From: Pyrodictium abyssi
GTDB taxonomy: Archaea > Thermoproteota > Thermoprotei_A > Sulfolobales > Pyrodictiaceae
NCBI RefSeq assembly: GCF_036323395.1
Contig: NZ_AP028907.1
Location: 450,001 to 482,000 of the forward strand
Length of the DNA stretch: 32,000 nt
Reading direction: 5' to 3'
Shown here one piece after another: positions 1 to 8,634 of this stretch (position 1 is its first letter; each line of letters opens with the position of its first letter). Position numbers and translations under genes: made by a program. The notes under the pieces are model-generated. The model searched no databases, was not told the origin of the DNA, and saw only the letters and a list, made by a program, of their open reading frames with translations.

Positions 1-269
1 GCTGTGGGCTCGGTCCTCGGTGCTGGGAGGATGGGGGAGAAGGAGGAGGGGGGCGGCGGGCTGTGGGGCGGCGAGGGCGGCAGCCGGGGCTCCTCCGCGT
101 TCTTCTGGCGGGCTGTTCCGCCGGGTGCTAGTGTTCTGGTCCTGGGTGCTAGAAAACATGGGCGGAGGAATTGCCTTACATGACATGTTCCGCAAGTTTT
201 AACAAGACGGCTCCTCTATATGGCTGGGTGTTCCTTGTCTACATGAGGTGTTCCGTCTGGGGCCGGTTC

Positions 270-1723
270 CTAGTATATGCAGCGTTCCTCCAGTAGCAGG
301 TCTAGCCGGTACTCCTCTATCACGGATAGCCCCGCGGTGGGTGTGGCCACGTTGAGGCGGAACCGGTGAACCGTCTCCTTCCGGCCCTGCTCTGTGAGCC
401 TCACGTCAACCCCTAGCGAGTCTACGTCTAGCCTTATGTCGGCTATGGAGCGGAGTACGCGTAGGAGCTTCTTCTCCTCGGGGGCGGCGTCCACGGAGTA
501 GATGTAGAAGGTTGTTACTCCCTCGCTGCGTAGCCGGAGCAGTGTGTTGATGAGCGGGTTCTCGGCCTCGCTGCCGTATAGGCTCTCTACCAGCTCTATG
601 CCGTCTAGAATAAGTATTGTGGGTGCTTCTCTCTCGACGAGGGAGGCTACTAGCGGAGGTATATGGGCGGGGATGTGCGCGGTCGGGTTAACCGTCTCGA
701 GGACTATCTCTTCGCCGGGTTTCTCTGTCGGCTATTATCCTGTAGATGCAAGACACCATCTTGCCTAGGAACCGCAGTGAGGACCGGAAGCTCATGATAG
801 CCACTTTCCCATTGCTGCACCGCTGTAGTGTGGCCGCGAAGAACGGTACTATGAAGCAGCTCGAGGTGCTCTCGGAGAGGGATACGAGCACCTGGGCGCC
901 CGGGTAGAAGTGCACTGAGGCCATGAGGTCTGGGGGCGCGGGGCCGCCGGTGAGTGTGAGCACTCTGGTTATGAACTCCCGCCTCCCCTCGCGGGCGACG
1001 CGCATCATGTCTAGCAGGCTGTAGCTTCTTTCGGCTTCTGTAGCGGCTTCTCTCCCCGGCTCCTCGGGCGCGACCACCTCTATGACCTTGCTGGGGACTA
1101 TCTCGAAGGGGAGTTCCACCTGGTGTATGGGGCCTAGCGCGCCTTGCGCAGCTCCATTATGCGGTAGGCCTTGCCCCGTAGGGTTGTGAGGCGGAGCACT
1201 ATGACAGCGTCTACTACGAACTCCTTGACGCCGTAGCCGACTGTCTTGGCGCCGTAGGGGTGCTCCGCTATGAGCAGGGTTACGACGCCTAGCTTCTTCA
1301 TAGCGTTTACGAAGAAGTTCTGCATGAACTCGCGGGCACGGGTCTTGTCGCCCACCATCTGTAGTATGACCGTAACGCTGTTGACCACGAGCCTCCGTAT
1401 ACCGTGCTCCTCGACGAATTGGGCCATCTCCTCTAGCTGGGCTATCAGCGCCTCCTCGTCAACGACCGTGAGCGCCTCCATGTAGTGTACTAGGCCCTTC
1501 TCCTCGTAGGACCGGAGGTCCAGGCCGAGCCGCTTCATGTGCTCGAGGAACTCGTCGTGGGGCTCCACGAAGCTCACGTAGAGTCCGGGTTCGCCCCTCC
1601 GGGCCCCTCGTAGATGAACCGGGCTGCGAAGCTGGACTTACCCGTACCCGGGTTACCGGCCACAAGCACGATAGCGCCGCGGGGCACGCCGCCTAGCAGG
1701 CGGTCTAGCTCCTCAATACTCAA
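270..1723 (-). pseudogene. KaiC-like (RecA-superfamily) ATPase, degraded copy with at least three frameshifts
   Basis: Pieces in three frames (ORFs 1134..1577, 688..1119, 270..494, plus an upstream N-terminal piece SIEELDRLLGGVPRGAIVLVAGNPGTGKSSFAARFIYEG) align collinearly to the intact paralogs at 23924..25399 and 28544..30091, from Walker A to the terminal RCIY/RCVY. Possible TTG start at 1721-1723. Confidence 0.88.
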
Positions 1724-2421
1724 TACCTATGTTCACGAACCTTGTCATTGCGTAGCCGCACCTCCACTAGCGCCGGGTACCGGAGGGGCTCCGAGCCGCG
1801 CTCCGGGGGCCGGGGGGCCTTGGCTAGGGCCCTTCCAGCTAAGCCCGGCCTCTCCAGCCCTAGGCGGGTCTGTACAGTTTCTAGCCTCCGAAATATAGGG
1901 TGTAGCCCACGTGGCTTCTGTACGCGGCATGTATGATACTTATGCGTAGGCTGTTACCTGTGGCACTAGACCATTATAGGTTAGGTGTCTGGCTTACGCT
2001 CGTGTGAGCTGTACACGGGCTAGCTCCTGTACGCCCAGCCCACATGGGCGCCCGTCTTGGGGTAATACCCAGGACGTGATTTAGGCGGGCATCTATGCGC
2101 GTGGAGCCCGGGAGCGGGGCACCCGCCCCAGGCCCATTCAGTCTCCATGGCGGGGTGTTGGGCGGGGAGGGGTGGCGGTAGACGCGCCCTGGGAGGCCGT
2201 GGCTATGGTGGCTAGGGGTCTTCGGGGCATGGTCGAGTTAACTCCCGGTTAACTTCACCGCCAGTAGATTTAACCACCCCGGGCGGATTCGAATGCACTG
2301 GGTGCCCGGCCCGGGGGCCTGGCCGTCGCCACGGGGAACCCGGAGCCCCGCAGATATGTGGCTCCTGGAACGTCCTAGCACGGGGGACGGGGCTGGGCTC
2401 TGTGTGGGCGGGCTCTAGGCT

Positions 2422-2904
2422 CTACTGTTTCTGCCTGGCTATTTCCCGGGCGTAGCGTGGTGGTGTGAGGACCTCTATCTGGAGCCTGGCTAGGCTGTCT
2501 AGGTCGTAGTCCCTGAGGCTCCACGAGAGCAGTATGACCCTCGGGTGGCGCTCCCGGAGGAGTGCTGATGCGACGAAGAAGGCGTCGTCGAGGTCTCTAA
2601 CGTATCTTGTTGCCTCGTGTAGGTACTCTCGTATCTCCTCGGTGCTTATCTGCCTTGCATCCGATAGGAGGAGTCTTGCAGCGTCGCGGAGGCTGTCGGG
2701 ATCCGCGTGGATTCTACTGGCTAGCTCTTCTAGGTGCTCCTCTACTTCTTCTAGCAGGACTTGAGGGTAGTATGTCGGCCTTGTCCTGGAGACTAGGAGT
2801 ACGAGTCTCCGCGTGAACCCGCTCCGTAGGAGCCAGGCTACGACTGTGTTAGTATCAAGGATAACCGCTTCCTCAGCCCCTCCTTCACCCTCTCCTCGAG
2901 CCAC
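2422..2904 (-). CDS. PIN-domain protein, putative VapC-like toxin ribonuclease
   Basis: N-terminal VILDTNTVVAWLLRSG and C-terminal LDDAFFVASALL...VILLSWSLRDYD fit the PIN acidic motif pattern; overlaps a small upstream ORF. Confidence 0.72.
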   Translation of the reverse strand: MARGEGEGGAEEAVILDTNTVVAWLLRSGFTRRLVLLVSRTRPTYYPQVLLEEVEEHLEELASRIHADPDSLRDAARLLLSDARQISTEEIREYLHEATRYVRDLDDAFFVASALLRERHPRVILLSWSLRDYDLDSLARLQIEVLTPPRYAREIARQKQ

Positions 2905-3098
2905 TCGGCCTCCTCGTTGAGGCCCCCGTTCGGTAGCAGTTGTTCGATCAGCACGAGCTTCGTGGCGACGACTACGAGGTCCTCCTCTGGTAGACCGAGC
3001 TTCTCTGCCGCTCTACTCACCTCGTCTGGTAGAGTAACTCTGACTGTTCTCGCCACAGCAGAGCCCCATTCTACGGCTCGACAAGCCGCCCTCCTCAT
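2838..3098 (-). CDS. Putative antitoxin of a PIN-type toxin-antitoxin pair (true start probably near 3050)
   Basis: Short protein with VRVTLPDEVSRAAEKLGLPEEDL..., RHH/AbrB-size; 3' end overlaps the PIN ORF in an operon arrangement. Confidence 0.55.
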   Translation of the reverse strand: MRRAACRAVEWGSAVARTVRVTLPDEVSRAAEKLGLPEEDLVVVATKLVLIEQLLPNGGLNEEAEWLEERVKEGLRKRLSLILTQS

Positions 3099-3327
3099 CT
3101 CTGCTTCTGCGGGCGTCGATGGGTATACCGGGGCGCCCCTAGCGCTATGGCTCAGAGGTTTTGCGGCATGTTATGGGAATGCTGCTCCGGGCTCGCCAGT
3201 GGTGCTGCCGGGTCTCGTGGCTGGCCCCGATACGTTTCTGGAGGAGCGTGGCGGGGGTGTTCTCCGTTAGTGGGGCTGTGTAAAACCTTAGGTCGTGTGT
3301 GGAGCCCTGGGGGGCTTCGCCTCTCGG

Positions 3328-4284
3328 CTAGCTTACGCCTGCAACGCGTATGTCTATGTAGAGTGGGAGGGTGTCGAATAGGGCTCCTTCTCTTATCTCG
3401 TAGTAGACTATTGCGTCGAAGAATGCTGCTCCGCTAGACAAGTCGTTCTTATCAAGCACCATTACTGTAGTCGGCTCGTATATCCCGAAGACGGCCTTGA
3501 TCTCGCGCCCGCCTGTCCCGGATTTCGCTAGTACTATGTCTAGCTGGTTGAAGTAGCCGCGCAGCTGATCAGCATTGGTGAGCGTGAGCACGAGTTTCGC
3601 GACGTCTACACCAGTGTTAGGGGTTACTATGAGCCAGCCTGTTTTGACCAATTGGTCGGCTGCGCCCGCAGAGCCTTGTATCCTCAGTATATCGGTTGTA
3701 GCCACGCTCACCGGCTCGACTGTGGCGCTGGCTTCGCCTAGACCCCAGCCGGCTCCTGTCCCAGGCTCATCCCAATCTTCTCCTCCTAGGCCCTCTATGG
3801 GTGTCAACTCCTCGGGCTCCTCGCTTGGTGTTTCAGCCTCTACCGGGAACTCGTCGCTGTAGGTGTAGCTCTCTACCTCTGCAGGCTCCCATCCCTCCTC
3901 GCTGGGTTCGACAGACAGCATAGATTGGTCCCAGCATTCTCCGGCGCAGGCGCATTCACAGAGCTGAGCGTTATTGGTTTTATTCATGCAGTCGTGCCAG
4001 CACTTGTTCTGCATAATGCTGTACTCTTCGGAGCCGGGCTCTACGGCTTCCGGCAGTATTGGTCCGCAGATTTCCCGGATTTCCTCGTAAGAGAAGCCTT
4101 CTCCCTTGTACTCGGCCCAGCAGTCCCATGGCATCTCTTGCTCTATGCTGTATCCTTCTTCGCCTATGCTCCACTCCGGCTGGGTCATGTACTCATAGTC
4201 GCTGGCGAAGGCTCCTAGGAGGGCTAGGGCGGTGATGGATGTTACCAGTGCTGCCAGGCTGAGGAGTACTAGGTTGTTACGCAT
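3328..4284 (-). CDS. Exported/membrane-anchored hypothetical protein with a Cys-rich acidic N-terminal segment and a beta-rich C-terminal domain
   Basis: ATG at 4282-4284 preceded by GGAGGTGGAGG; N-terminal MRNNLVLLSLAALVTSITALALLGAFA signal/TM; eight Cys between DCW and ECW. Confidence 0.7.
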   Translation of the reverse strand: MRNNLVLLSLAALVTSITALALLGAFASDYEYMTQPEWSIGEEGYSIEQEMPWDCWAEYKGEGFSYEEIREICGPILPEAVEPGSEEYSIMQNKCWHDCMNKTNNAQLCECACAGECWDQSMLSVEPSEEGWEPAEVESYTYSDEFPVEAETPSEEPEELTPIEGLGGEDWDEPGTGAGWGLGEASATVEPVSVATTDILRIQGSAGAADQLVKTGWLIVTPNTGVDVAKLVLTLTNADQLRGYFNQLDIVLAKSGTGGREIKAVFGIYEPTTVMVLDKNDLSSGAAFFDAIVYYEIREGALFDTLPLYIDIRVAGVS

Positions 4285-5074
4285 TTGGATGCCTCCACCT
4301 CCCCGTGGCTGGGGCAGGGGCGGAGGACCAGGGTTCTCTCTTGGCACCCCTATCCTTGCTGGGGGAGGGGGTGGCCTAAGAGATAGAACCCGGGGGGCTC
4401 CGCTCCCTGCGGTGTAGTGAGGGATCCGGCACCATACATAAAGGTATTGAATTTTATGCCATAGAGCAAAACATAAAAATCATGCCGGGTGTTAGCCGGG
4501 TCTTGGCCTGCATTCCTACATGCCTTTGCCGGGGCTTTCTCTCTAGTGCTCTGATTCATTGTGCAGGCCTCCTAGAGGGCCACGGGCTCTGGCTGGGGCT
4601 GGCCGCTGCGGAGTACGCGGCATGTAGTGGATATAGCGTATGTCTTGTGTATCTATGAGATGGCCTCGTTCTCGCGGAGTACTACGACTGCATCTGTGCT
4701 CTGTGCCTCTGTACTGGTAGGCTGCCTCTAGACTTCGGATGGTAGATACGGTTTGAGGTATGAGGTATTATGGTGAAGGAGATGTGGAGAGGATAGTTGT
4801 TGGGCCGCCGGGCGGTGGTGCATGGGGTTCTGGGCCCGGTCGGCCCAGGGGGTGAGGCGTTGCCTCGGCTGCCGCCCCCGCCCTGCTAGCCATGTAAACA
4901 TGGGTGAAAGCAGTGAGTTATAACCTTTATCGCGTGTTAACGGTGTTCAATAGTGTAGAACTGTGTAGTCGCCCTGGGGCCGCTTACCAGCCAACATCGC
5001 TTGAGCGGGGCTGTAGACTCTCATAACCCTGTACTTCGGGTTAATAGTTTTTGTGTTGCCGTGGCCTAGAGGGG

Positions 5075-6145
5075 CTATGAGCTGCTGGCCCAGTACCGCT
5101 TCTTTAGCTCCTCTAGGGCCTGGGGGAGGAGGGGGTCTACCACCCGGTACTCTCTACTGGGGGTCTTCTCCACGAAGCTGTATTTCACGAGGTTGTGGAG
5201 TAGCCGGTCGTACTTACTGTCGGGTATGCGGCCTACGAGGCCCTCGGCGTAGTGCTTTATGTCGCTCCAGGTGCGCAGCCCACGGGTGATGGCTGTCAGT
5301 ATGGCTAGGTATCTCCGCGGCGAGTGCTTGACGAGCTTCTCGAGCTCTCTTGCTAGGAGGTTCTTGGCGTCCTCTTCTAGCCTCTTTAGCGCGTCCCGGT
5401 GGGCTAGCCCGTAGGTCGTCCTGTAGTACCCGTAGTATGAGAGCCAGCCTACTATCCCGTCGAGCGTGTCTACAGCATCCTCTATCTCCTCCATGGTGGC
5501 TGGTAGCTTTGCTTCGCTAAAGCCTCTCTGGAGGTAGTCGATGGACTGGTCTCTGCTGAACCTCTCTAGGAGTATCTCTAGCCTTGGGCGGCCGAAGAGG
5601 GGTGACTCGGCCTCCTGGAGCCTCAGGAACTCGTTGAGGACGCCTATCTCGCTCCCAGTCACCACGAACGTGACATGCTCTAGGCTGTCTATGCTCCATG
5701 CTAGTATCCTTCTCCACGCCGGTATTACCCGGAGCTCTTGTGCCTCGTCGAGCACGATTACGAGCCTTGTCCCCCGTCTCCGTGCCCACCGGTCAACCTC
5801 CTCTAGGACGCTGGTGAGCAGCCTGTCCTCGCGCCTCGCCCTCCGGACTTTTATGCCTCCAAGCTCGATGCCGAGATCCATGGACTCTATGTACTCCATG
5901 ATGCTGTGTAGTGTCCCCCGGAGGGTCTTCAGCTTGTCAAGCTTCTTCAGGAAGTCCATGATAGCTTTCCCGATGACTTGAGGCGAGAGTAGTGATGGGT
6001 TCTCAGCGTACCTTCTCAAGTCTATGAAGAGAAATGGTACGTCTAGCTCGGTGAGGCCTACCCGGACGAAGCTGGTCTTCCCTATCCTGCGGACGCCGTA
6101 GACTACTATCAGTCCCTCTCCAGCATGTATGCCTCGGTAGAGCAT
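5075..6145 (-). CDS. Archaeal AAA ATPase (ArchATPase / DUF234-associated type) with C-terminal winged-helix region
   Basis: Walker A GVRRIGKTSF, Walker B RLVIVLDEAQEL, C-terminal YLAILTAITRGLRTWSDIKHYAEG...YRVVDPLLPQAL. Conserved reading continues upstream of the first ATG. Confidence 0.85.
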   Translation of the reverse strand: MLYRGIHAGEGLIVVYGVRRIGKTSFVRVGLTELDVPFLFIDLRRYAENPSLLSPQVIGKAIMDFLKKLDKLKTLRGTLHSIMEYIESMDLGIELGGIKVRRARREDRLLTSVLEEVDRWARRRGTRLVIVLDEAQELRVIPAWRRILAWSIDSLEHVTFVVTGSEIGVLNEFLRLQEAESPLFGRPRLEILLERFSRDQSIDYLQRGFSEAKLPATMEEIEDAVDTLDGIVGWLSYYGYYRTTYGLAHRDALKRLEEDAKNLLARELEKLVKHSPRRYLAILTAITRGLRTWSDIKHYAEGLVGRIPDSKYDRLLHNLVKYSFVEKTPSREYRVVDPLLPQALEELKKRYWASSS

Positions 6146-6455
6146 GCCTAGCTCTCTATCACGGTCGTAGAAGTCCTCCCTCCGGGTCTTGGGGGCGCGG
6201 CTGAAGAGCAGGGGCTCGGCTCACCCCCGGGTGTGTTACGCACCCGGGGGTTAGTAATAGCTCTGCTGCCCCCGCCAGCCTTGGCTAGGCAGCCTAAGGC
6301 TACGGGCTATTGACGCGCGGCTAGCTCCGAGCTGCAGCGGCTGGCATCCAGTTAGCCTCTCATAAGCATGGGCCGTGGTGGGGGCAAGGCGCCCGGCGAG
6401 GTAGGGGACTATAGGGCTCTCCCCGCGACGCTATGCAGTAGGCCCGGAGGGCCTG

Positions 6456-7067
6456 GTGCGGGAGGCTTGGGCTATGTATTGCCAGCGTGGAGCCTCGGAG
6501 CATCTTGTAGCGCTAGCATTGGCCGTCACAGTGCTGCCATGGCTGGTGATAACCGTCTCGTGGAGTCTTAACCCGTGGTTTGACCCGTTACGGGGCGCGT
6601 ACAGCGACCTCGGCTCCCCCGGGGCGCGGTATCCCTGGGTGTTCAACCTGGGCATGATCGTGTCCGGCGCCCTCGTGGTGGCTCTGGGCATAGTGGTCTA
6701 CCGTGTCTCGGTGTCGAGGCTGGAGGCGGCTGGGGCGGCCCTCCTGTCGGAGGCTGGGGTCTTCCTGGCGCTTGTCGGCTTGTTCCCTGAGGGGACTAGG
6801 CCCCACAGCTTTGTGGCTACATGGTTCTTCCTCCAGCTATACGCGTCCTACGTGGTGCTCGGGGTGGCGCTCCGCCGGAGGGGGCTAGCGGAGGGGCTCG
6901 CCCTGGCAGCCGTGGGGGCGCTAGCGGTGCCGCTCGCAGGCCTGGTAGAGTTTCTCGTGGGCTGGCCCTCCGTGGCTGTGCTGGAGACCTATGCGGTGCT
7001 AGCAGCCGACGTGGGCGCAGTACTGCTCGCGACGGCCTACCGGCGGGCCCAGGGCCCCTGCAGCTAG
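6456..7067 (+). CDS. DUF998-type integral membrane protein
   Basis: YSDLGSPGARYPWVFNLGMIVSGALV...LVGLFPEGTRPHSFVATWFF motif pattern; multiple hydrophobic segments. Confidence 0.72.
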   Translation: MREAWAMYCQRGASEHLVALALAVTVLPWLVITVSWSLNPWFDPLRGAYSDLGSPGARYPWVFNLGMIVSGALVVALGIVVYRVSVSRLEAAGAALLSEAGVFLALVGLFPEGTRPHSFVATWFFLQLYASYVVLGVALRRRGLAEGLALAAVGALAVPLAGLVEFLVGWPSVAVLETYAVLAADVGAVLLATAYRRAQGPCS

Positions 7068-7232
7068 AACGCTAGCACGGTTAACGAGGCTGCGGGCCCA
7101 GAGCCGGAGTACACTACAAGTATGCCAGTCGCTCTGGACCAGGGTGGCGGGGCCGCCACCAGGTATTAGGCTGCTGGATGCGTAGTCCCCCGGGGATGCG
7201 GCGGAAAGCCGCTTCATGGAGGTGCATGAGGC

Positions 7233-7475
7233 GTGGCTCGTGTAATCGACCTGCGGGGTGGCGACTATGGGTGCCGCTCTAGCCCTATAGTCCTCCTCGT
7301 AGACCACATTTCGAGGATAAAGACGAGCGGTGAGCGGGGCCAGGAGTACGAGTTCATACTCGACAGCGATATGGCACCGCGTAGCCTCGTCGTAGATTAC
7401 ATCGAGCGCAGCGGCCTAGAGGTCCTGGAGGTCCGGGAGGAGGACAACACGCTCCGGATAAGGGTCCGGTACTAG
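7233..7475 (+). CDS. TusA/SirA-like small protein (divergent)
   Basis: VIDLRGGDYGCRSSPIVLLVDHI resembles the TusA N-terminal D-L-R-G...C..P motif; 80 aa; C-terminal two-strand pattern. Confidence 0.5.
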   Translation: MARVIDLRGGDYGCRSSPIVLLVDHISRIKTSGERGQEYEFILDSDMAPRSLVVDYIERSGLEVLEVREEDNTLRIRVRY

Positions 7476-7503
7476 CCCTCATGGTCCTCTGGGGCCTGGT
7501 GCC

Positions 7504-8241
7504 TTGTGTGGTCTTCTGGGGTGTAGAGCTGGCTCCCTCCTACTCCTCCTGTATGCTGGCGTGTCGCTGCTGGTCGTGGCTGGGGCCGGGTACCGCTGGC
7601 TGCACGTCCTGGGCAGCATCGCGTACGTGGCGCTCGCTGTGCATAGTGCAGCTGTGGCCCACGGCTGGCGCCGGTTCCTCGTGGCGGCTAGCGCCGGGCT
7701 GGCTGTCGTCTTTGCGGCGGAGTACGCGGGTGTTAACTACTGCGTGCCCTTCGGCTGCTACAGCTACAGCCCGGCCATGAGGCCCATGGTGGCTGGTGTG
7801 CCGGTGCTCGTGGCCGCTATGTGGATAGCTCTCTCGTACCCGGTGTACCTCGCCTCGTGGTTGCTCCTCCGCCGGCCCCCTGGGCTTCTGGTGGTGGTCC
7901 TCGCTTCGGCGGCGCTGCTGACCCTAGTGGACGTGGCTATGGATCCTGCGCTCACGGGGCTGGGGCTCTGGAGGTGGGCCCAGGGAGGCCCCAGCTTCTA
8001 CGGTGTACCTCTGTCCAACTTCCTGGGCTGGTTCCTCGTGGGGCTTGTGCTCTACACGATCTACGGCCTCCTCCTAGGGAGGCCCTGGCCCGGCTGCACG
8101 TGGCAACCCCTGGCTGGCTACTCTGTGTTCACGGCCCAGCTCTCGCTGATAAACACCGAGCAGGGCTACGTGGCTCCCTCTGTCTTGGCGGCTCTGCTAG
8201 CGGTGCTCTACGCGCTGCTAGCTGTGGCTGTGCGCCGCTAG
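7504..8241 (+). CDS. Carotenoid biosynthesis-type membrane protein (CruF / bisanhydrobacterioruberin hydratase-like family)
   Basis: EYAGVNYCVPFGCYSYSPAMRPMVAGVPVLVAAMWIALSYPVY...DVAMDPALTGLGLWRWAQGGPSFYGVPLSNFLGWFLVGLVLYTIYG; many TM segments. Confidence 0.75.
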   Translation: MCGLLGCRAGSLLLLLYAGVSLLVVAGAGYRWLHVLGSIAYVALAVHSAAVAHGWRRFLVAASAGLAVVFAAEYAGVNYCVPFGCYSYSPAMRPMVAGVPVLVAAMWIALSYPVYLASWLLLRRPPGLLVVVLASAALLTLVDVAMDPALTGLGLWRWAQGGPSFYGVPLSNFLGWFLVGLVLYTIYGLLLGRPWPGCTWQPLAGYSVFTAQLSLINTEQGYVAPSVLAALLAVLYALLAVAVRR

Positions 8242-8334
8242 TCCCCTCCACCGGAGCCCAGCAGGGGCACCATGGGCAGGCTGGAGTGCCTCTATGCTTA
8301 GAACCCTGGCCCGGTTCCCTACAGACCCATTGCT

Positions 8335-8634
8335 GTGGGGTGGTCTGTGGTGGCGCAGCAAGAGGGGGTAGTCGATCTGCGTGGCAGGATATGCCCGGAG
8401 CCCTACGTGCGGGCCATGAAGCTCCTAGAGCAGGCGCCCCGTGGCGCGGTGCTCCGGCTGCTCATGGACTCGTGGCGTTGCGTGATAATGCTGGTGTCGG
8501 CGGTCAAGGCGCTGGGCATGAAGGTGGACGTGGCCAAGCATGAGGATGGCAACAGCTTTCTGGTGACGATCGAGAAGACCGTTGGGGGAGAGGGCGAGGG
8601 TCAGCAGCCGGGGCAGCAGGGAGGAGGGGCCTAG
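8335..8634 (+). CDS. TusA-family sulfurtransferase-like protein
   Basis: VVDLRGRICPEPYVRAMKLLEQAPRGAVLRLLMDSW..., canonical TusA CPxP region. Confidence 0.8.
   Translation: MGWSVVAQQEGVVDLRGRICPEPYVRAMKLLEQAPRGAVLRLLMDSWRCVIMLVSAVKALGMKVDVAKHEDGNSFLVTIEKTVGGEGEGQQPGQQGGGA

Noticed and set aside
20-202. 60-aa plus-strand ORF
   Set aside because: Gly/Ala/Arg-rich low-complexity translation of GC-rich DNA with no recognisable motif.
2281-2310. TTCGAAT resembling a tRNA T-loop
   Set aside because: Flanking bases do not form a T-stem or acceptor stem; no cloverleaf could be built by eye.
7821-8543. 240-aa plus ORF
   Set aside because: Out-of-frame shadow of the CruF-like and TusA-like genes, low-complexity composition.
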